DNA of 60,564 nt from an uncultured bacterium (GTDB taxonomy: Bacteria > Verrucomicrobiota > Kiritimatiellia > CAIKKV01 > CAIYGI01), in NCBI GenBank assembly GCA_903925685.1, contig CAIYGI010000146.1, positions 1-60,564 on the forward strand. The letters run 5' to 3'. A program made the position numbers and the translations under genes. This document shows, one piece after another, positions 54,797 to 60,564 of the stretch. How positions within the stretch are numbered: position 1 is the stretch's first letter; each line of letters begins with the position of its first letter. A model generated the notes under the pieces. The model was given only the letters and a program-made list of their open reading frames with translations, was not told where the DNA came from and ran no database searches.

Positions 54797-55930
54797 TTAC
54801 GCCCCCAACAGCTCGATCATCTTCTCGTAGTTCCGCATGGCCAGCGATGACAGCACGCGACCGTAGGGGCAGGCGGAGGGCATTAGCACGAAGCCGCGGC
54901 CGGAGCCGGACGTGCCTTCACCCAGGGCGCGGCGGACTTTTTCGGCAAATTGCGGGGTCGGCAGGTTTTCGATGTCGCTGGCCTCGATGTTGCCGAAGAG
55001 CACCAGGTTCTTCCCGTAGTTCTTGCGGACGTACGCCAGTTCGACATCGCCCTGCGGCGGCGGCTCGATCGGGTCCAGACCATCCGGACCCATGGCGGCG
55101 ATGTCGTCCAGGATCGCCCGCAGGTTGCCGTGGGAGTGGACGCGCGCGTAGCCGCCGTATCGCTGGATCGAGCGGATCATGGGCGATACATAGCGGCAGA
55201 CATATTCGCGGAAAAGCGCAGGCGGGAGGAACGGCGGCGAGGCATACTCGGGCCCGACGATGCGCCAGAGCCGGCCGGGCAGGGCCCTGGCAATCGCCTC
55301 GGTCTGCGGTAGCACCGTGGCCGCAAACCGATCGAGCAGCCGGCGGAACAGGTCCGGCTCCGTCATGGCGATCACTGTGTACTCAGCCATGTCGAACAGC
55401 GCGGCGGCATGGCAGAGCGGATCCGCCGTATCGATCATCACGATGCCGGCGTCGCCCAGTCTGGCCTCCACATCCAGCACGCTCGACGGATTCACGCGGA
55501 CGATGTCGGCGGCGGGCGCGGGGAGCGCGAGATAGGCCGTGAGATCATCCACATCCTTGAGCAGATGCTCCTCGGTCCAGGTGGTGTTGACATCGCGGTC
55601 GCGGCGGAAGCGCACGGTAAGGGTGCGACGACCGGCCGCGATGGTACGGGTGGTGAAGTGGCTCTCTTCCGTATGGCGGGTTTGCTCCCGGGTGCGCGTT
55701 GCCATCGGATCCGGCGCGGCGCCGTCGAAAGCGACGCCGCGCATGACAATGCAATCCGTGTGGTTGTGCGCCAGGTCGATCAGCGGGCGCCACGACGGAT
55801 GCGAATAGATGTTGAACGGGTCGGGATCGCCGGGCGCTTCCGTCCAGCCGTTGATTTCGTAGAACGAAACCGGCGGACGATCCACAGGTTCGCCCCGCAT
55901 GGTGGCCAGCAGGCGTTCGCGTCGCGTCAT
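54797..55930 (-). CDS. uroporphyrinogen decarboxylase (URO-D) family protein
   Basis: Start at MTRRERLLATMRGEPVDRPPVSFYE. About 377 aa TIM-barrel with an H..G motif (RVHSHGN) typical of URO-D/MtaA-like enzymes. Confidence 0.7.
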   Translation of the reverse strand: MTRRERLLATMRGEPVDRPPVSFYEINGWTEAPGDPDPFNIYSHPSWRPLIDLAHNHTDCIVMRGVAFDGAAPDPMATRTREQTRHTEESHFTTRTIAAGRRTLTVRFRRDRDVNTTWTEEHLLKDVDDLTAYLALPAPAADIVRVNPSSVLDVEARLGDAGIVMIDTADPLCHAAALFDMAEYTVIAMTEPDLFRRLLDRFAATVLPQTEAIARALPGRLWRIVGPEYASPPFLPPALFREYVCRYVSPMIRSIQRYGGYARVHSHGNLRAILDDIAAMGPDGLDPIEPPPQGDVELAYVRKNYGKNLVLFGNIEASDIENLPTPQFAEKVRRALGEGTSGSGRGFVLMPSACPYGRVLSSLAMRNYEKMIELLGA

Positions 55931-56043
55931 GGACGAGTGCTCCAAAAACAACCATGGACTTTGGACATTAACTTGTTCAACCCGTCTTCCGGCGCGGACT
56001 TCACCCATACATCCCGCCATGTCCCGTGTCTACTTGCGATCGC

Positions 56044-56508
56044 TTACCATTTGAACCCGATGGCGTCCACGAACGCCTTGGCCAGGATCATGTGTCCGAC
56101 TTGGTTGGGGTGTATACGATCCCAGGCCAACGTGCCGGGATATTGCGCCTTCAAAGCCTTGTCGATGGCGGCCTGGGTATCGACCAGAACGGTGCGATAC
56201 TCACGGGCGAGTTTCTTCATCACCGCGCCATACTTGTCCATGGTTGCGCGCATGGGGTCCTTCAAATTCGATTCGATATAATACGGTGTGACGAGAATCA
56301 ACCCCTTCGTCATTGGCTGCGTGGTCTGGATCAAATGGCGCAGGGTGTCTTCGTATTCCCGGAGCAGGACATGACACTCTGGCTGCAACGGCAGGTCGTA
56401 CTGACGCCATACGTCGTTGATGCCGATCATGACCAGTTTCGAGCCTTTTTGCAGTCGCATGACGCAGCCTTTCGCTAGGGATGCACAAAACGACGTAAAC
56501 CATACCAA
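56044..56508 (-). pseudogene. SGNH/GDSL hydrolase lacking block I/II (probably decayed)
   Basis: Block III (MIGINDVW) and block V (DRIHPNQVGH) are present. There is no in-frame GDS nucleophile block. A GDR-containing remnant (HLGDRFAAS) lies upstream in another frame, too close to block III. Confidence 0.5.
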
Positions 56509-56726
56509 ACCGCCGCGCTGGCGGCAAATCGGTCACCGAGGTGTAAATGCCATTTTGGAATGATTCTTCTTCAGATGGAAGGCCAGTGGGACGGCGAAGG
56601 ACTGCGGTCCGCCGGATGCGTTACAAGATCTTTTAACGGCGCAAGGCTTTGATAATCAAGGCGTTAAGGCATTCAGAAACTGCCTTTCGGAGAAGATTTC
56701 CAGCGGGAGAGCGAGAGCGGGGTCAC

Positions 56727-58763
56727 TTATGGGTATTTGAGTTCGACGCTGATGTCCCGTAAAATCGCCGCCGCCGGGACCAGGTAATGGTGGAATTGAA
56801 CCGGATGGACCGTTTCTTCACGGCGGATTTCATTGGGGCCGCCCAAGGTCAGAAGAGAACTGCCGCTGCCGCTGATGAATCGCACAGCCACTGTGTGTTT
56901 TCCCCTGGCCAGCTCCACGGAAACGACATGGTTGGTGAGCCAGTAGGGGGAGGTTCCGTTTCCTTGGTGGTCCGTTGTGGTAAGAATCATCTTCCCGTCC
57001 AGCCATGCTTGAAGCCACCAGTCCGCCCCCATCCCGAGGGTTGCGGTCATCTCCTCGGCGGCATAGAAAGGCAAAAAGACATAGACAGTCCTTCCAATCT
57101 GGTTCCCTCCAAAAAGTGTCGAGAAATCAAACCGGTTTTCCGGCGTGTCCAGGGTCAGGGGCTTCAAACGGCGTCCTCCAGCCTCAATTTCGGACGGAAT
57201 GGTTCTAAGCGCTTCCTCCGGCAAGATCGGGTCATCCTTGCACAGAGGGCCAAAGACCTGCCATTGCGCCGGCCAATCAAGGTTCCCGGAAATGACTGGC
57301 GGATGATCCTTGGCCAGGTCTTGAAACAACACGCCCTTCGCCCCCTGCGAAACGGCGATCTCAAAGCAGTTGATTCCGCACCGCATCAAAAGGGGCGGCA
57401 CTTCATATTCCAATTGGCTGCCGGTCAGGACGCCGTTCTCCAGCGCCGCGCCATTCAAAGTGACCGCCGCCTCATCGGGTCGGTCTATCCCGTTGATGTC
57501 CACGCGGCAACTGATTGTAGGCTTCCGCTTCTGATTCTTGGCAGACAAGGCTTTGTCGCAGACCGTCAGATCAAGCACGACAGGTTTCCCGGCTGAGAAA
57601 AAAATGGGGCGGTCCGGGGTCAGGGTTTGGATGTTCTGGAAACGCCGGCCATTCCCGAGCCATCCGTCAGGGTCGCGGTTCCGCCAGGTTAGGAAATACA
57701 GCTTATCCAGCCGCTGGAGTTTTTCTGGATCGCCCAGCTCCCGCCAATGCGGGAGCTGCGGGTCAAAAAGATTGAACAAGTAGATCCCGTCCGCGCCAGC
57801 CTGCCACGCCTGCAAGGCGCGGGCCCGGTAACTCGCCAGCGAAGATCGTTGCGTATCATCGGGGACCGTCGCGTTGCTGAGGCAGGGATACACCGGGATC
57901 CCATAGCGATGCCCTAACTGGATGATGTAATCCCAAGGATTCAGCCTGAAATAGCAGGTGGCGGACATTATGTCAAACAAACCCTCGGACAACCACTTAT
58001 CCAGTTCAATGCCGATTTCCCGGCAGTATTCAACCGAGTCATTCACGCGGATGGATATCAGAAGGGGTTTGCCGCGCTCCTGCCCTGCCTTTTCAGTCAT
58101 GTTCCGGATGCTCCGCATGAAGGCGGTCATGATGGTTCTGTGCTTGTCGGGCAGTTGCTCGCCCAACGCATGCGGCTTGAAGAAAACCGGGTGACGCAGG
58201 AAATCGAGTTCGATGCCGTCAATGTCGTAGTGGTCGCAGACATCCTTGATAATTGAAAACACCTTTTCCCGGACTTCTTCCCGTTCGTAATCAAGGCCAG
58301 ACCAGACGCCGACCGGCAACTTTGCCCCGCGCTCCGCCAGCAGGCAGTCCATGTGCTCTTTTTTCCAGGGGGAAAACGATCCTTTTCCCCACCAGTCATA
58401 GGAACCGTCGTGCGTGTCGTTCACGCGCATGGACCAGAACACTTCCATGCCGTGTTGGCGGGCAAAATCGCTCATCAGGTGTAGCGTGTCTTTCCCTGCG
58501 CTTGCTGGAACGCTCTTGCCCGGACAGACCGGGGCGCCGGGAACGTTAAAGTAATTACTGTGAAGATCAAAACTACCGGTGTAGTAAAAAATCGCGTCCA
58601 CCTGCGATCCGGCCAGCGCCGTGGTTCTCAAATCAAGAAAAGACTCCAGTGGTTCCCCGGGCTTGACGCCGAGTACATCATCGCCGTCGTTATTGAAAAT
58701 GATCCTCCGTTTCCGATGGGCCAATTCCCAGCGGGCCCGATGGAAAGCTTGGTTTGTTTCCAC
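56727..58763 (-). CDS. glycoside-hydrolase-like TIM-barrel protein (GHL10-like) with C-terminal beta-sandwich domains
   Basis: 678 aa. RIIFNNDGDD near the start and DGIELDFLRHPVFF recall GH-like family 10 / DUF4015-type barrels. No signal peptide seen. Confidence 0.5.
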   Translation of the reverse strand: METNQAFHRARWELAHRKRRIIFNNDGDDVLGVKPGEPLESFLDLRTTALAGSQVDAIFYYTGSFDLHSNYFNVPGAPVCPGKSVPASAGKDTLHLMSDFARQHGMEVFWSMRVNDTHDGSYDWWGKGSFSPWKKEHMDCLLAERGAKLPVGVWSGLDYEREEVREKVFSIIKDVCDHYDIDGIELDFLRHPVFFKPHALGEQLPDKHRTIMTAFMRSIRNMTEKAGQERGKPLLISIRVNDSVEYCREIGIELDKWLSEGLFDIMSATCYFRLNPWDYIIQLGHRYGIPVYPCLSNATVPDDTQRSSLASYRARALQAWQAGADGIYLFNLFDPQLPHWRELGDPEKLQRLDKLYFLTWRNRDPDGWLGNGRRFQNIQTLTPDRPIFFSAGKPVVLDLTVCDKALSAKNQKRKPTISCRVDINGIDRPDEAAVTLNGAALENGVLTGSQLEYEVPPLLMRCGINCFEIAVSQGAKGVLFQDLAKDHPPVISGNLDWPAQWQVFGPLCKDDPILPEEALRTIPSEIEAGGRRLKPLTLDTPENRFDFSTLFGGNQIGRTVYVFLPFYAAEEMTATLGMGADWWLQAWLDGKMILTTTDHQGNGTSPYWLTNHVVSVELARGKHTVAVRFISGSGSSLLTLGGPNEIRREETVHPVQFHHYLVPAAAILRDISVELKYP

Positions 58764-58779
58764 GATGAAGAGCCGCCGC

Positions 58780-60564
58780 TTACCGAAAAATGAACATCGT
58801 TCCTCTGGTCACGTATTCGTAGCAGCCCATATCCACGATGCCGGAGATGGGGTCAATGCGCCGCTGGCCGTCCAAATCCGTCGCGCCAGTCATCCACCAA
58901 AGCTGGTTCGTTCCGGTGTTGATGCAGGGCGAAGTGGCTTTCAAATGGAAATCCTGCCCCGCAAAATTCACAAAGGCCGGCCAATTGGTCACGACGCCGG
59001 AGCCAATCACAACCGTGGCGCCCAGATTGGTTGGGAACGTGCAGGAGTTGGTAACATAACTGAGAGTCGTGCCGTTCAACACCATATTCTCAGGGGTTGC
59101 ACCAGTGAAATTGGAATAAACGATCGTATTATATAAATTATAACGATAATTATTCCCATCACGCGCATAGATGCCACCACCGCCATATGTTGACTTGTTG
59201 CTGACGATGGTGCAATTGTAAAGTTCCCCCAACCCGCTAGAGCTCGCATTCATCATCCCCATCCCTCCACCGTAACCTGCAGACACGTTATTATAAATCA
59301 GGCAATTCACTATAGTTAGCGTCGAACCCACTTCGAACGCAATGCCACCACCGCCAGAAGTGGAGTTCGCATAAACTTTGGTTTTATTGCCCCTGATGAT
59401 ACAGTTTTGGATAATGTTCTTAGTGCCACGGCCATAGTACATGCCTCCCGCGATCCCCCCGTTTGCCGAATTACTTTCAATAAGACAATTGGTGAGCATT
59501 AAAATCCCATCCGTATAAGATGTAAGAAATAGCCCACCCCCCGTATCCGCGCTGTTATTGCGGACCGTACAGTTATTTACGATACAACCAAAAGCCTTAG
59601 TGCCACCAAACCCATACACCCCGCCACCAGAGACCCCGGCTCTGTTATCGCTGATCACACAGTTCTGTAACACACCGGTCCAGATATTGGGAACGAAATA
59701 GATCCCGCCCCCATTGGTAGCGGCCCAGCAATTGGAAATGGTAAAACCATCGATGACGAACGGATAAGACGTGGCCGCGGCATAAACAATCGCGATGCCC
59801 CGATTGGTGCCGGAGCCGTCAATGCTCACGCTCGCCGGCACTCCATTGGAACTGCGCAGGGTCAGGGGTTTGTCGATGTACACCACGTTGGTGCCGCTGT
59901 AATTCCTGGCATTGGGCGGCGCGGTATAATGCCCGGCGCCGACCCATACCGTCGCCGGATAATTGATATCTTCCATATCCACCGCATCCTGGATATTGCT
60001 CGCGGCCACCGACCAGTTGGTATAGGGAATGACGGGTGTCTGTCCGTTTTGCGCGACGTAATAACCGGTCAGCGCTCCAGAAGAGGTCTCGTAGGCGCCC
60101 ATGTCCGGCAGGTTGTTTGCGCTGACCCGCGGCTGACCCGCCAGATCGGTCGCGCCGCTCATCCAGGAGGACAGTGTGATCCCCGCATCGACCCCGGGAG
60201 ACCAGGGCCACAGCCGATAGTCGCCGCCGGCATAATTCATGTACGCTAGATTTGCGACGGCGATGTTGCCGGAACACGCCGGATGCGTAAAATTGTTGGT
60301 GCTGGCGAAACAGCAATTAGTGAAGACCGCGTTTGAAGATACATTGTCCGAACTGTAAGACGAACCAGAATCGGCAACCACATTAACTGCTACGCACAAG
60401 AGCTTACTCCCATTGTTAGCATAATGTAACTGCTCAGGTAGCCGCCCCAAAGCGGGCGGCCACCTGAGAGTGAATGGCGGTGCGTCCGAACCCGGCGCGT
60501 GGGCGAGGCTCACGAGGTGTTGACCGCCGGCACAAAGGGGTTGCCGAGGAACACGCGTTGCAAG
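58780..60564 (-). CDS. right-handed parallel beta-helix repeat protein (5' end probably outside the window)
   Basis: Repeated NC.I..N...GGG(I/L)Y turns (NCTVRNNSADTGGGLF, NCLIESNSANGG, NCIIRGN..). C-terminal TDLDGQRRI..DMGCYEY motif. The frame stays open from the GTG at 60513 to the window edge. Confidence 0.75.
   Translation of the reverse strand, partial: LATRVPRQPLCAGGQHLVSLAHAPGSDAPPFTLRWPPALGRLPEQLHYANNGSKLLCVAVNVVADSGSSYSSDNVSSNAVFTNCCFASTNNFTHPACSGNIAVANLAYMNYAGGDYRLWPWSPGVDAGITLSSWMSGATDLAGQPRVSANNLPDMGAYETSSGALTGYYVAQNGQTPVIPYTNWSVAASNIQDAVDMEDINYPATVWVGAGHYTAPPNARNYSGTNVVYIDKPLTLRSSNGVPASVSIDGSGTNRGIAIVYAAATSYPFVIDGFTISNCWAATNGGGIYFVPNIWTGVLQNCVISDNRAGVSGGGVYGFGGTKAFGCIVNNCTVRNNSADTGGGLFLTSYTDGILMLTNCLIESNSANGGIAGGMYYGRGTKNIIQNCIIRGNKTKVYANSTSGGGGIAFEVGSTLTIVNCLIYNNVSAGYGGGMGMMNASSSGLGELYNCTIVSNKSTYGGGGIYARDGNNYRYNLYNTIVYSNFTGATPENMVLNGTTLSYVTNSCTFPTNLGATVVIGSGVVTNWPAFVNFAGQDFHLKATSPCINTGTNQLWWMTGATDLDGQRRIDPISGIVDMGCYEYVTRGTMFIFR

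Overview
This 60.5-kb window looks like a high-GC bacterial chromosome segment. Gene content and repeat style suggest a PVC-group organism (Verrucomicrobiota, Kiritimatiellota or Lentisphaerota-like), but that is a low-confidence guess. I support about 50 protein genes, 2 tRNAs (Val-GAC, His-GTG) and no rRNA, CRISPR array, intact transposase or integrase. Most of the window is housekeeping: proBA, trpS-scpAB, pheA-hisC, coaD, a canonical yceD-rpmF-plsX-fabHDG-acpP-fabF cluster, uppP, lpxA, ilvC, tyrA and birA. It also carries a Wza/Wzc-type polysaccharide export cluster.

Three patches look accessory:
- **Left end (128-7513):** a 2008-aa thioester-type alpha-2-macroglobulin is co-transcribed with a multi-zinc-ribbon protein. 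The pair is bracketed by 57-nt direct repeats and sits next to a possible IS91-type transposase remnant.
- **tRNA-Val islet (24950-30433):** a roughly 5.5-kb lower-GC islet abuts the 3' end of tRNA-Val. It holds a decayed VapBC-like pair, an intact AbiEi/AbiEii module with a candidate operator, a DUF1353 gene, and three uncharacterised co-oriented genes.
- **Right end (56044-60564):** an AT-shifted glycan-related block with a decayed SGNH hydrolase, a GHL10-like TIM-barrel protein and a parallel beta-helix protein.

Intergenic spacers throughout carry dispersed hairpins and short-word tandem repeats. These include a MITE-like element with perfect 23-bp terminal inverted repeats and an 8-mer array of about 9.75 units in front of pheA.

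I cannot show a clearly novel system from sequence alone. The best candidates are the three-gene block between the two toxin-antitoxin modules in the islet and the zinc-ribbon/A2M operon. All family assignments come from motif recognition by eye, with no database search. The many long antisense ORFs in the track are treated as GC-driven shadow ORFs.
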